From: Nitrososphaerota archaeon
Lineage (GTDB): Archaea > Thermoproteota > Nitrososphaeria_A > Caldarchaeales > Caldarchaeaceae
Assembly: GCA_041641305.1 (NCBI GenBank)
Contig: JBEPYN010000002.1
Span: 416,001-480,000 of the forward strand
Direction: 5' to 3'
Length of the DNA stretch: 64,000 nt
The notes under the pieces are model-generated. The model was not told the origin of the DNA. It searched no databases and saw nothing but the letters and a program-made list of their open reading frames with translations. A program made the position numbers and the translations under genes. Below, in pieces: positions 19,462-30,800 of the stretch (positions within the stretch are counted from its first letter, which is position 1; each line of letters opens with the position of its first letter).

Positions 19462-21658
19462 CGGCTCCCTCGGCTATCGACTCTGAGAAGGCTATCACCC
19501 TCTCAGCCAAGCTTATCAAGAGCTCGGCGGCGTCAGCCATCCTCTTCCTATCCTCCTCCGAAACCGGTTGACCATCTGCCGCCTGTTTCGACAGTCTCTT
19601 CGCCTCTATGTTGGCGGCATAGAGACGCCTAGCCTCCTCCTCGGATATCTTCACCAGCCCCTTTTCCGCGGCTTTTTCCGCGAGGTCTGGTAGATGCCCC
19701 TTCTCCACGCCTGTCAAAGCTTTGAGAGCCGATACAGCGGCTTTGTAGGCTATACCGACCGCGGTCACGCTGTCGCCTCTAAGCAGCCTCATCCTAGCCC
19801 TCTCGACCAGCCTCATGGATTCGCTGAAGTCCCCATCCTTAGTCTTCTCAGTTACCTGCCGCGAGAAGGCTGAAAGCCCTGTCTGTAAACCAGCAGAAGG
19901 CTGCGGAGGCTGCTGCTCCTGCTCGCCCGACACATGCTTCTCCGTCCTCGACTCCCAGTCCTTGATGGCGTGTTCTCCCAAGCTGGTGAGTCCAAGCACC
20001 CCGGCTGGGTCTCTGACGGCGTAGCCTTTTTCCAGCAATAGAGCAAGTACCCTCTTAGCCCCCTCCCCGGCGTAGCTTTCAACAGCGTCGTCGGTGGGGG
20101 TCTGCAGCCTCTTAACAGCTTTCAACACCCTGTAGCCTGTTTCAGCCAAATCGCCGAGCTCCGCGTAAAGCAACGTGTCCCTAAAAGCCGCTAGAAGATG
20201 CTCCCTCAGGAGCTGCGCATCCCTCTCAGCCTCTTTCCCCAGTGCCTCGAGGTCAGCGACAGGGACGGAAAGCAGCTCTCCCTCGAACACAGCCGGCCCC
20301 TTCCCCGCAATGGCTCTGGTGTAGACCAGAGCATGTCCAACAGGCATCTCAGCAGGGTTAACCTCCAGACCCACCCTCTCAGCCAACGCCCTCCTTACAT
20401 GCGACGGGCCCCGGGTCACGATATAGGTGTCAGCGAGATCCATCAGCTCTGGAGCCAATAGCCCGGTCGATGAAACCATCACGAACCCCGTGCCCCTCAT
20501 CCTCTCAACAGCCTTTATGGTCCTTAGCCATACATGTCTAGCGTCGTATGGAAGTATCTGAAGCTCCGGAAGCCCGAGCTCGGCGCTGTCGAAAACAACA
20601 ACGCAGCCCGGGAAGAGGTTCGCCGACTCGTAGAGCAGGTACATGCCTATGAAGAGCTGGCTCGAGGGGCTTAGGTGGCCGAGGTCGATTACGAGCTGCT
20701 GCCAGTTACCTGAGAAAAGCTTCTCAGGCTCTGGATTTCCTTCGCCGAACAGCGAGGACACCATTCCAAGAGCGTCTTTGAGCCGCGCCGACCCGGTTGG
20801 CCCATACTCTGCCACAAGCTTGTCCACGTCGTCGGGTTTCATCTGGGCCCCGCCGAATTTCTCGAAGAACCTTATCAGCATCCCTGCCTCGGCAGTATCC
20901 AAGCCGGCTGCGACCGCGAGCGGGACCGCGATGTTCTCCGCCCATCTTCTTACGGCAAGCCTGTCGCTGGACGGGGGCTTCAAGATGTTCATCGAAATCT
21001 TCCCGAAACGGATAAGCTTAGCCCTCTCCACAGCCGCCGCCATATACGGCGAACCTATCGATACAATCCTGAGCCCGGCCTTTACAGCCGACCAGATTAC
21101 TGTCCTCGCCGCGATTATAGACTCCTCTCCAAGGACGATGACCCCGCTCCTGAGCGCTGATACGGGTAAGCCGGCTTCCCCGCCTCCAAAGAGCCAGCCT
21201 CTCCCGGTTTTCACCACGGCTATCGGCCCCTTCGGCACATTTTTGGAGAGTTTTCTTGTCTCTCTCACACCAGTCTGCGTCACGGGCCTTGATAGAAGGC
21301 TGGCCCTAGGCCGCGGGTTGCTCCGCCACAGTAGCCTGTTAACCACATAGACGCCGGCGACCCCGCCGACTATGAAGGAGAAAACGGAGGCCGCCAATGG
21401 TGAGGACGATGCTATTGCGAGAGAGATTAGGGCAGCAAGCATGATGGCTATAACAGGCGCGATGATGCCTCTGAGAAGCCCCATGAACGACCTGACGCCG
21501 AAGAAGAGCAGCCAACCGCCCGGGATAAGCATAGCCACGACAAAGATTATGACGAGCCCTATCAGCGTTACAACTGCGATGGAGGCCAGCACAGGCTGCA
21601 TGAACATGAACAGCAGCCCGCCCACTATGAAGCCCGCACCATACTTAATCGTCGACAA
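19412..21658 (-). CDS. membrane-anchored degenerate HerA/VirB4-like protein with C-terminal HEPN-like domain
   Basis: N-terminal TM helices; Walker A position degenerate (SGVIVLGEESII) and Walker B position VVVFDSA; C-terminal helical block ...AVGIAYKAAVSALKAL...HLPDLA. Confidence 0.55.
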   Translation of the reverse strand: MSTIKYGAGFIVGGLLFMFMQPVLASIAVVTLIGLVIIFVVAMLIPGGWLLFFGVRSFMGLLRGIIAPVIAIMLAALISLAIASSSPLAASVFSFIVGGVAGVYVVNRLLWRSNPRPRASLLSRPVTQTGVRETRKLSKNVPKGPIAVVKTGRGWLFGGGEAGLPVSALRSGVIVLGEESIIAARTVIWSAVKAGLRIVSIGSPYMAAAVERAKLIRFGKISMNILKPPSSDRLAVRRWAENIAVPLAVAAGLDTAEAGMLIRFFEKFGGAQMKPDDVDKLVAEYGPTGSARLKDALGMVSSLFGEGNPEPEKLFSGNWQQLVIDLGHLSPSSQLFIGMYLLYESANLFPGCVVVFDSAELGLPELQILPYDARHVWLRTIKAVERMRGTGFVMVSSTGLLAPELMDLADTYIVTRGPSHVRRALAERVGLEVNPAEMPVGHALVYTRAIAGKGPAVFEGELLSVPVADLEALGKEAERDAQLLREHLLAAFRDTLLYAELGDLAETGYRVLKAVKRLQTPTDDAVESYAGEGAKRVLALLLEKGYAVRDPAGVLGLTSLGEHAIKDWESRTEKHVSGEQEQQPPQPSAGLQTGLSAFSRQVTEKTKDGDFSESMRLVERARMRLLRGDSVTAVGIAYKAAVSALKALTGVEKGHLPDLAEKAAEKGLVKISEEEARRLYAANIEAKRLSKQAADGQPVSEEDRKRMADAAELLISLAERVIAFSESIAEGAGEESRQHVDSGVEESG

Positions 21659-21989
21659 ACCTCAACCTCCTCGGTTCCCTTCTACTCCCACGTTTAGCCA
21701 ACGACAGGAACGAGACGATGAACACGGTTAGCGGCAGAGAGTATAGCAGCCACGACGGGTTCAGCGCGGCTGTGGCGAGGCTTGAGAAAAGCACCAAGGC
21801 GAAAGCTGTCTTAGCGGATATAAGCCCCTTAGGAGAGTCGTAGTCAGGTTCTCCGCCTGCGGCGCTACGGCCCCTCGGGCGAGGCGGGGCCACCGGCTCA
21901 CGGCCGCCTTGGCTCGCTAAGCTGTCGTAAAGCCCCTGCATAGATATGTAGTCCTCGATATAGTTGTCGTCCTCAGCCACTTCCACCAC
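21645..21989 (-). CDS. small membrane protein
   Basis: Acidic N-terminus plus two C-terminal TM helices; same layout as 27519..27836. Confidence 0.6.
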   Translation of the reverse strand: MVEVAEDDNYIEDYISMQGLYDSLASQGGREPVAPPRPRGRSAAGGEPDYDSPKGLISAKTAFALVLFSSLATAALNPSWLLYSLPLTVFIVSFLSLAKRGSRREPRRLRFVDD

Positions 21990-24288
21990 CTCGTTGCCCA
22001 GAATGTTTTATGAAAAGTTGACCAAAGATGTCAGGCTTCACCCTATCCCCCACCTTTTTCAACAAACCGTAACTCACCATTTTCTCGACATCATTCTTCT
22101 CCAACCCATCCAAACCACGTTGATGAACAACAACATTGTAAAACCTTTCCAGAAGGTCTAAAGGAATACTCTCAAACTTTCTCCTAAGCTCCTCGCTCCT
22201 GATGCCCTGTAGAGTCGCCTGCCTAATATTCTCCAACTCGACCGAGGCTGATGGAGCCTCGGCCCGCTGCCCAGACTCATCTCCGTCGCTTTCCACAACT
22301 CCATTAGCGAACCATGCCCCGGACGTTAGATTGATAGACTGAAGTAATGGGGGTTTCGCGGCCTCGTCCATAGACATACCTGTCCCTGCCGCTGTGCGGA
22401 CTCGGTGGGTTAGACATTTTCCCGTAGACGCTTTCACGTATCCGCAGCCGCAGACGGGGATGTTGATTCCGCCTTTGCCCTGCTCCTGTGTCAGAAAAGC
22501 TCTCCTCATCCTGAAGATGTATCCCTCGACTATTGCCCGCTCGCTTTTCTCTATGTACTGCTTGTACTTGTCCGGGGTGGGCATCTTTATGTAGGCCTCG
22601 CCCTTGTCGAGGTCGTTGATTAGCCTGACTATGCTGGACGGCGCCACTCCCGAGAGCACATGCACATCCTCTGGGCTTGGTGTGTTGAAGACAACCCATC
22701 TGAAGCAGCTCTGCCTTATTCCGTCGGAGAAGTCAGAGAGCCTCTGCGTGGAGAGTATAAGGGCGACGCCGTAGCTCCTGCCTGTGCGAACAATTTCCTC
22801 CAGCTTGCTCTTGCTGGAGGCGTCCCTGCCACCCCATCGCTGTGTGGGCCTCGTCACCAGATATGCTTCGTCGACCACGACCACTACCGGCTTGCTCGAC
22901 AGATAGGCGAGACTCGACCTTTTCTGCATAACCTTGTGAAGCTTCCTAAGCAGGAGCTCGAGCACAATTGCCCTCATTTTCTCGTTAACCCATGCAAGGT
23001 TAACCACTATCAGCGGCATGTGCTGCGACCCCTCTACAAGAGACGCGTAAACCTCTGCCGGCTCGACTCCGGATGACCTGAACACCTCGCCGAGGTCGCT
23101 GAGCTTAGCAGCTATTCCCTGAAGAGCGTCCTTGGTCTGGGGCCCGTACTTGACCTTTCCAGCGAGAACGTCGGAGAGCAGTTTATTGATTTCCACGACG
23201 AGTTTCTCGTAGGTCAGCGGCTTCCCAGACTCCTTTATCTTAGCAGCCGCCTCGCGTATGAAGTGGGCCTGCTTGGCGCCGACCTCCTCGATGACCGAAA
23301 TGCTGTCCATCAGGTCCTCCAGCATCTCATTCGGAGTCTCGTTGGAGGCCCTAGCAAAGGGGTTGACGCCGGCAACAGAAGCGACTAGGATGGAGGCCTT
23401 GCCGCTGTCGATTAGCTTTCGCTCGTAAATGGCCTCGGTAAAGTCACCCTTCACATCGAAGAGTATGATGGGGTAATGCTCCATCAACTGCGTTACGAGG
23501 CTGTAGACTGTGGTTGTCTTACCTGTGCCGGAGCTGCCGGCTATAATCAGGTGAGGGTTGAAAACATGTTTGCTGACGGTCGGCGAGTAGCATACCTCTA
23601 CCGGTACAGGGATGTTTTTGACCACTAGGTGGCGCCTAACATCTGCTGAAGAGCCTCCGCCCCTGACCACCTGCTCAACCATCATCACTGTCTTGACCGC
23701 GTATCCGAGTATAGCTACTCCCCCCTCAGCGCCATCCCCGGTGTAAACATCGTTTCTCACACGGTTGATGGTGTCCCGCTGCTCCTTGTACGCGTACAGG
23801 AGCGCCGCCAAGTTCACAAGCGGCACGTAGAACACGTTGAAGATGACGAAGAGATAGGCCTTGTAGAACTCGAGGCTCAGCAGCATCAACGCAAGCACTA
23901 TGTCAAGCACCATCATGAAGACAAAGTAGCCGGGGCCGAGGAGCTTCAACGCCCCTGTCACCGGTCCTATGATGGCCGAGAAGAACGAGGCCCCCTCGGA
24001 GGAGGCGATGAGGTATAAGATGAACGCCACAAGCACCTTGACTACCCAGGCCGCCCTATAGCTCGTGGATGGAACATGAAGGGGGGCGTTTCCCCTCCCT
24101 ATGTAGAGGACGAAGGCCGCGATTACCGCCACCAAGTTTATGCCGATTAGCGCCATGCCCAGAGGCGTAACAAGGCCGAACATGTCTATCGGAAGCCCAC
24201 CCAGCATCACCACATCCCCCTCCGCATAGCGTAAATCATGGAGGACAGCATTACCGAGAACGCGGCCACGGAGGCGAGTGTGAACCAT
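21973..24288 (-). CDS. membrane-bound HerA/VirD4/CedB-like ATPase (start probably near 24207)
   Basis: TM region, NPHLIIAGSSGTGKTT, LFDVKGDF, VVVDEAY, GRSYGV.LILSTQR and LDKGEA. Confidence 0.85.
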   Translation of the reverse strand: MVHTRLRGRVLGNAVLHDLRYAEGDVVMLGGLPIDMFGLVTPLGMALIGINLVAVIAAFVLYIGRGNAPLHVPSTSYRAAWVVKVLVAFILYLIASSEGASFFSAIIGPVTGALKLLGPGYFVFMMVLDIVLALMLLSLEFYKAYLFVIFNVFYVPLVNLAALLYAYKEQRDTINRVRNDVYTGDGAEGGVAILGYAVKTVMMVEQVVRGGGSSADVRRHLVVKNIPVPVEVCYSPTVSKHVFNPHLIIAGSSGTGKTTTVYSLVTQLMEHYPIILFDVKGDFTEAIYERKLIDSGKASILVASVAGVNPFARASNETPNEMLEDLMDSISVIEEVGAKQAHFIREAAAKIKESGKPLTYEKLVVEINKLLSDVLAGKVKYGPQTKDALQGIAAKLSDLGEVFRSSGVEPAEVYASLVEGSQHMPLIVVNLAWVNEKMRAIVLELLLRKLHKVMQKRSSLAYLSSKPVVVVVDEAYLVTRPTQRWGGRDASSKSKLEEIVRTGRSYGVALILSTQRLSDFSDGIRQSCFRWVVFNTPSPEDVHVLSGVAPSSIVRLINDLDKGEAYIKMPTPDKYKQYIEKSERAIVEGYIFRMRRAFLTQEQGKGGINIPVCGCGYVKASTGKCLTHRVRTAAGTGMSMDEAAKPPLLQSINLTSGAWFANGVVESDGDESGQRAEAPSASVELENIRQATLQGIRSEELRRKFESIPLDLLERFYNVVVHQRGLDGLEKNDVEKMVSYGLLKKVGDRVKPDIFGQLFIKHSGQRGGGSG

Positions 24289-24725
24289 CTGACGCCCAGT
24301 GGAAACTCCCTCTTAACGGCCTCGTCGCCGACGTATACCTCGACCCTGAAGGTCGCGGATGGGTATGTGAATATCCTCCAAGAAGAGCTGGCCACTCCGT
24401 CTTCGCCGGTTACTAGTTCAACGCTCTGCAGAAGCTCTGCATACGTCACCCTTAGCCGAGTGTTCGCCAAAGGCCTGCACCTAGTATAGTCCATCGCGAC
24501 GGTACCGTTTGGAAGAGTTACCCAGCACTGTCCGCCGCTTCCGACAAGGTCCTCGACCACCATCACCCTGAACTCGTAGGGCCATAGGATGTGGGGCTGT
24601 TGCCTAGAGTCGTAGAACACTATGATACGCGTCGGGCTGGGCGCATCACCTTGGACGTCGCCGTGAACAATCAATGGAAAGACCGCGGCTAGGAGTATGA
24701 CCAGAGCCAGTTTAAGCAGCTTCAT
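24207..24725 (-). CDS. secreted/membrane-anchored protein
   Basis: Signal peptide plus C-terminal TM helix. Confidence 0.65.
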   Translation of the reverse strand: MKLLKLALVILLAAVFPLIVHGDVQGDAPSPTRIIVFYDSRQQPHILWPYEFRVMVVEDLVGSGGQCWVTLPNGTVAMDYTRCRPLANTRLRVTYAELLQSVELVTGEDGVASSSWRIFTYPSATFRVEVYVGDEAVKREFPLGVRWFTLASVAAFSVMLSSMIYAMRRGMW

Positions 24726-27522
24726 ACAGCATCTCCCTCCTGCTCATCCTCCTTCTCACAAGAGCTCTCTTGTCAGGCTCTATGCGGAAGAACAGGGGCC
24801 TCGGGTCGACGCTCCACTTGAGGAAGGCCTCGCCTGTCCCGAAGCCTTCCAGCCTTCTCCTCTCCTCGTCTGTCAGGTTAAGCAGCTTCTGGGCGTTCAG
24901 GGCCTCGCCCGGGTTACCGTAGCCGAAGGCAATCGTTGTAGAAACGAGGGCCGCCACGGTCGGGACACCTCTTCTCTTAGCCATGTCAGCTTCCTGAAGC
25001 AGGTCATCGAGCAGATGGGTTATCATGACGTAGCTTGTGCCGAACTTTCTCTCCTCCCTGAGATGAGTACCGAGAGGGACTTCGCCGGCTTTTCCAAGCA
25101 GGAACTTGTGGCCCTCGTCGATTATCACCATAAGCCTCACGCCCTCCTTGACCTCTTGGCTGAGCATGTAATCATGTATGTGCTCGAGAATGCTCCAAGT
25201 GATTAGCCTCTGCATGTCGTCGCTCATACGCACCTGCCCGCCGCCCGACTGGGCGCGGAAACTCACTATCACTACACCCCCCTCCACCAGCAAATCCTTC
25301 AGCAGCACATCGGTCCTATCGAGCGCGAAAGCGCCCTCCGCATAGGGCCTCAGCCTCCGCTCTAGGTCAAGCAGCAGCGTCACCGCGGCGTCGAGCTCAG
25401 GAGAGCCTCCCCGCGAGATAACCAGCTTCTCAGCCTCTCTTCTCCTCCACGCAACGTATGCATAGAGCTGGGCCATTGTGCATTTAGACAGGTTCTCATC
25501 CCTCCATGTGGAGGGGTCCGAGTCATCAACTCCGCCTATCCTCTTGTACATCAGCTTAAGCCCTTGGTAGAGTATGCTGGATTGGGTGGGCTGAAGCGGG
25601 ATAGCGTTGGGCAAAACCGCGTCCACGAACCTGCTTATCCTCTGCTCAGGGGCTAGGCCTGAGAGAAGCAACGGGTTGTATTTCTTGTTGCAGAGGTCTA
25701 TGACGGTGACCTTCAAGCCCATGGAGCTGAGCTCGTCAGCCTCGGCGGCGTATTCTCCGGCCGGGTCTATTATGATGACGGCGGGAGGCTTCCCCGTGCC
25801 AGAGTATTTGCTGAGGCCATCTATCCTGAAGAGCAGCGTCTTTATCAGGGTGGATTTGCCGGTGCCGGGAGAGCCTAGAACAAGCATATGCGGGTTATGA
25901 AGCATCGATGGGTTCCAGTACACAGGCCTGCCATACTCGTCTCTGCCGAGGTATACGCCGTCCTTGGGCATTATTGGCCGGCGCCTGAAAGCCAGCGGGC
26001 TGACGGCGACAAAGTCTCTCGTCAACGCTTTGACAACCGGTATCGGGTTGGGGTCGAAGATGCCTCTCCGCGGCTGAGGCAGGTACATGAACCTGTGGCA
26101 AAGAGCAGCTCCCCAGCCGTCCCCCACCTCCTTAGTGGAGAAGTTCATCGTGTCCAGAAGGCTACGCGCCTCGTGAACATGTTTATCCAACATGTCGAGC
26201 TCTTTCCAAGACATTGCGGCGCTTCTGACCCTCACTTCAACCACTATGCTTATCACGTAAGGTCTCTCACCATGGCTGATTCTCTCAGCCACGTTCATGC
26301 TGCGCCCGGCCTTGAGGTAGCCGGACACAGCACCGCCTACCTGTGCATCCATTCCATAGAGGTCGGCGCGCGCCATCGCCATCCTCATGACGTCGCCGGC
26401 CGACTGCGGAACAATGTGTAACGCTATCCTGAAGTCCTTGAGCGAGTATATCAGGCTGTTAAAGGTGGCGAGGTACATGGGAAGCCTCCTGTCTATGTCA
26501 CGCATCTCGAGGTCGCGGTTGTTGTTGCCCGTCACCGAGACATACCTCGACGCCACCCACTCGCCCCCCTCGCGCCTCAGCAGCACACCTTTCTCCAACA
26601 GCCTGTACTCCCCGTTGCCCAGAGACCAGTGCATATGGGTTAAGCCGGAGAAGCATAGCGGGCATGACGCCTTCTTCACCATCAACGCAGCCCTAACAGC
26701 AGCAACCACCCCAATCAAGCTGCTTAGAAACATGGTGAAACCTAGGGTGCCCAGCCCCACGCTGAAGAAGGTGGCCACGGCCGAGGCCGCCGACGCGGCT
26801 CCGAGGATTATGACATGCATTATGTTTGGCTTCAGCGTTACCCTGTCACCCATCACCGGCTTGTGGTTCATGTAGCTGCTGTCATCTATGAGCACCATGC
26901 CGATGCCTTCGAGGGTTGTAGCCAAGGTTTTCGCCGCGGTTTCGACGCTGTGTGCGGCCCCCTCCTCGTCGCCTTCAACAACCTCTGAATAGAGAATTAT
27001 GTAGGCATATTCTCCCTGCGGCGACCTGTCTATGACGAGCTTCGCCTCCACGTCAGATAACCCCTCAATGGCCTTGACCATCCTATCCAGCAGAAGCATC
27101 CGCTCATGCTCCGTCGTGGTCTCGAAGTTCTTCTGAATATCCGCTATCTTGAGCACTTTCACGGCATAGCCCCTGCTCCTAGACCTGTCCTCAAAAATCA
27201 GCGTCAGCTCCTCAGGCCGCCTAAGCCCGTCGATAAGCCTCACAGCAGGCTGGACCTTGATGCTCACAGGCAGCTCGGACGCAACCGCATGCCAGAACGC
27301 CGGAGACTTCGTGTAGCGTTTAAGGTAACACACCGCGGCCGGATAGGCCCTGCGCCAGACAAGCGACCCAAGCACCAGCGACGGGAAGAATATGGCTAGG
27401 TAGGGCGTATAAGGGGCCAGCGAAGGGCTGAAGGAGAAGACCGCCAGCGTCACTATTATCAAGCCGCCGAAGAACACGGGGCCGATGCCGAGAATCTTGG
27501 CGAGGATGCCCATCGCCTTCAC
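24712..27522 (-). CDS. VirB4-like ATPase of a conjugation/DNA-exchange apparatus
   Basis: GVYLGRD..GRPVYW, NPHMLVLGSPGTGKST, IIDPAGEY, IIDEGH, RKFG and GTGEA; N-terminal TM helices. Confidence 0.85.
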   Translation of the reverse strand: MKAMGILAKILGIGPVFFGGLIIVTLAVFSFSPSLAPYTPYLAIFFPSLVLGSLVWRRAYPAAVCYLKRYTKSPAFWHAVASELPVSIKVQPAVRLIDGLRRPEELTLIFEDRSRSRGYAVKVLKIADIQKNFETTTEHERMLLLDRMVKAIEGLSDVEAKLVIDRSPQGEYAYIILYSEVVEGDEEGAAHSVETAAKTLATTLEGIGMVLIDDSSYMNHKPVMGDRVTLKPNIMHVIILGAASAASAVATFFSVGLGTLGFTMFLSSLIGVVAAVRAALMVKKASCPLCFSGLTHMHWSLGNGEYRLLEKGVLLRREGGEWVASRYVSVTGNNNRDLEMRDIDRRLPMYLATFNSLIYSLKDFRIALHIVPQSAGDVMRMAMARADLYGMDAQVGGAVSGYLKAGRSMNVAERISHGERPYVISIVVEVRVRSAAMSWKELDMLDKHVHEARSLLDTMNFSTKEVGDGWGAALCHRFMYLPQPRRGIFDPNPIPVVKALTRDFVAVSPLAFRRRPIMPKDGVYLGRDEYGRPVYWNPSMLHNPHMLVLGSPGTGKSTLIKTLLFRIDGLSKYSGTGKPPAVIIIDPAGEYAAEADELSSMGLKVTVIDLCNKKYNPLLLSGLAPEQRISRFVDAVLPNAIPLQPTQSSILYQGLKLMYKRIGGVDDSDPSTWRDENLSKCTMAQLYAYVAWRRREAEKLVISRGGSPELDAAVTLLLDLERRLRPYAEGAFALDRTDVLLKDLLVEGGVVIVSFRAQSGGGQVRMSDDMQRLITWSILEHIHDYMLSQEVKEGVRLMVIIDEGHKFLLGKAGEVPLGTHLREERKFGTSYVMITHLLDDLLQEADMAKRRGVPTVAALVSTTIAFGYGNPGEALNAQKLLNLTDEERRRLEGFGTGEAFLKWSVDPRPLFFRIEPDKRALVRRRMSRREMLYEAA

Positions 27523-27836
27523 CTTCTCAGCCGCGCCACAATGACGATGAACAGGGTTGAGCCGGCCACGAGAGCACCCGGAATTAGCTGTCCGCTCAGG
27601 AGCAGCGCCCCGGAGAAAATGGTCCCTAAAATGATGAATTTATTGAGCTGAGGAGCAGGTGCGTTCCTCGTCCTCCTACCGGCGCCTCTTCTAAGTATGT
27701 CGACAGGCCTGCCATTTTCGTCCCTAACGTACTCGTCATATTCATCGGCCTCGGAGAAGTTTTCCCTAGGTAGCTCAGGAGCTGTGCTAGCCCTCTTCCT
27801 AACCCCAGACTTTAGTCTGAACTCTTCCTCTTCCAT
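27519..27836 (-). CDS. small membrane protein (VirB3-like position)
   Basis: 105 aa with C-terminal TM pair, directly upstream of the VirB4-like gene. Confidence 0.55.
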   Translation of the reverse strand: MEEEEFRLKSGVRKRASTAPELPRENFSEADEYDEYVRDENGRPVDILRRGAGRRTRNAPAPQLNKFIILGTIFSGALLLSGQLIPGALVAGSTLFIVIVARLRR

Positions 27837-30800
27837 TCATTTTCACCTCCATTTTTTCCAGACTCGGCCCCAGCCTGCCCCCATTCTGGAGGCATCTGGG
27901 ACTCAACCGTATCGCCCACATCATTCTCCTTTTTTCCAAAGTCTCCCCAACTCATGTGCTCCGAGACATCCTCTCTTCCCGCAGCCCACCACGGCACCTT
28001 GAACTCTCCATCTGATTCGGAGCCGACCCGTTCAACAAAAGAGGCGGCGTCCTCCCTCTTCCCCAGAGAATCGGCTACGCTGAAGAGCTCGTCCAGAGTC
28101 TTCGGGTCATCGGCCCCAGAGATGATTTTCTCCCGGAGGCTATCCATGTACTGCTGCTGGAGCTCGGACACTCCGGGGCCCGGCTGATAATCCGCTGGAG
28201 AGACGTCGTAGCCTTTCGCCGAAGCAGCATGGGCACGCGCACCCATCTCCTCCATCACCTTCATGAACTCGTCCAGCTCGTTCTTCGACACCTCATAGGT
28301 CCCCATGCTTGTCTCCACGACAATCCTGTCGCCGCCGTCCATGAGGTTGGTGAGCCTGAAGTCCGGGTCATACGGGTTGGCGACAATCCACATGTATTCC
28401 TCGAATCTTTCCTGGAACCTCTTGTAGTCCTCGGGGGTGCCGTAGGACCTGTGCATGTCGTAGGCATGCTTCACGTCGGAGGGGTCGCCGCCGTAGTCGT
28501 GCTGCCTTATCAGCGGCTGCTCAGCCGACCCCGCTGGATGGAGTATGCCTGTCCTGAACTCGGGCACATAGGCCGGCGTCACAAGAGGCTTCACACCCTC
28601 CGGCGAGAAGGGGTTGTTGTCGGCGGCGAGTGTGAAGGCGGCTGGAGCCCTTATCCTTCCGTCGAGCTGGTCCGAGACGTATCCGAAGAAGGCGCCGGCG
28701 CTCGCGTGGCCTGATGCTGACAGCCTCATACTCATCCAGCCAGCGGCCTTACCCACGGTCGGGGAGAGGATGCCCTCGATAAGGGCTGCGCCAACAACGT
28801 GTTTGCCGAAGTCGCTTCTCGCGAAGCTGTCAACCAAGGTAATCCTCTGCGACATCGTGGAGGGCTTCAGCATGTTTGCGAAGCCTTGTGCAACCTTCTC
28901 TGGACGCGCCTCAACAATCCTGCTCTGCTTAGCCCACCCGATGAGCAGGTCCGCCTTACGCGTAGCCTCTTCCAGCGAATAGCCCTTCATAGTCAGCCTC
29001 TCGGCGTAGGCGTTTCTCACGCTTTCGGCGAACTTCGGGTCGCTCCTGACCGCCGACATGGCGACGCGGACCGTGTAGCTCCTCGTCATGACGCCGAGGG
29101 CCAGCCTCTCGGCCCTCGCGACGATGCCGCCCCTGCCCTCAAGCTCCCGCCTCTTGTCCAGCATCCGCTCCATGATGCCTGAGAACCTTGTCCTCTCAGC
29201 GACCTTGTCCCATGTCTTTCTGTTCTTCTCCCTGGCCTCGGTGGCGGCTTTGAGGAGCTGGTTCTCCTGCCTCCTCTGCGCCCACCTCGCCAGCATATCG
29301 ACACGCGCCATCCTCCGCACGGCGCCGGTGAAGGTTGTCATGAACTTGGCCGCGTGGGTTATGTTGCCGACCTTCCCGACCACGTACTTCATCATCACGC
29401 TCTGGCCACCGACGAGCGACTGGAAGCTGTCTATTATGATGGCTAGTAGGCCTATGGCGAGGCCTATCGCGAACGACTGCCCAATGAGCTCTGACAGGGG
29501 CTTGAGTATCCTCACGCTGCCGACATCGGTCATGAGGATGGGGAGAACGGATATCTGGATGTCACTGCCCGCATAGGTGCCCTTAGCATACTTGTATAGG
29601 ATGGTGGAGACGGATTTCGCAAGCGGTATGCTTGTGTTGAATATTGTGGCGTTGTTCTCCCAGTGCTCTTCCCTATACCTGAGGAGCTCCGCGTTTATTC
29701 GCCTTGTCGCCTCGTGGCTCGGCCCGTCTCTGTACAGCCCTTGCCTGAAGTTCTGGTACCTAGCCCACTCGCCTCTAAAATTGTCCACGGAAATGCCTAG
29801 AATATTGTCGGGCACGTAGCCGCCTGAGGCAAGCTCACGCGTATACTCCCTGTCCTCGTCAAACTTATGCCACTCGACGGGGGGCAGGTAAGGCATGGAC
29901 TCCGAGGCCGTGAAGATGACCCTGAAGCTGTAGCTGAGGCTGTCGGGGACCTCTGGATAACCATCATAACTGTCCCTGATTATTGTCTGGTTAGCGGTTA
30001 CGAAGACTTTCTTCTGCTGGGTTGGGGCATTCAGCTCAAGAGGCTCGTTGCGGTCGATTGCTTCCACGCTCTGAGGCAGAACGTAGGGGCCGTAGCCGTC
30101 TATGAAGCCGGCTGCCTGTATCTCTGCGAAGCTCGAGTCCATGACGGTGTGGTTCCAAGAGGGTGGGTTTGATGTAAACGGTCTGAACTCGTAACTCCAT
30201 GACGGTGTTCCAAGGCGTCTCTCGCAGATGTCTGTGCCGTTGACAGGGCCTCCATGTATCGGGTCTATGTGCCAGCAGACATCGTAGTCATCCATGTTGA
30301 GGTAGACGAAGTAGACGCTCTTGTTTCCGCTATAGTCTCCTCTTGTGTAGTAGTGCCATCTCCAGCAGGTTTCAACGGTTGAGGAGTTTCCGTCGGTCTC
30401 GCATGTGTAGGTCTCGTTTACCTGCCATCTGGTCTCCCTGACCTTGGGAAGGGTTATACCATATATGTTCAGGTCCTCTTTCTTGGTGCCCCAAGGCTGC
30501 TCCGTGAACCAGACGAAGGTTGTGTTCCTGTTGGCGGCGACCATCCACAGGCTCGTCTCGTTATAGAGGTTGGAGGCTTTCCAGAAGCTTTCCCACCTCT
30601 CTTTCCAAATCAGGTACGGGTTGCAGGAGATTGAGCCATCGTCCCATCCGCCGAAGAAGAACTCCCGGTCAGGGTCAGTTCCGGTGCAGGCCATGGCGCT
30701 AGGGTCAGGGTCCTCGGGAACCTTGTGAACTGTTATGTTGCGTGGAGAAGTGTCGTAGAGGGTCACCCACATGTTCAGGAACCAGACGCGCCTCGCGTAG

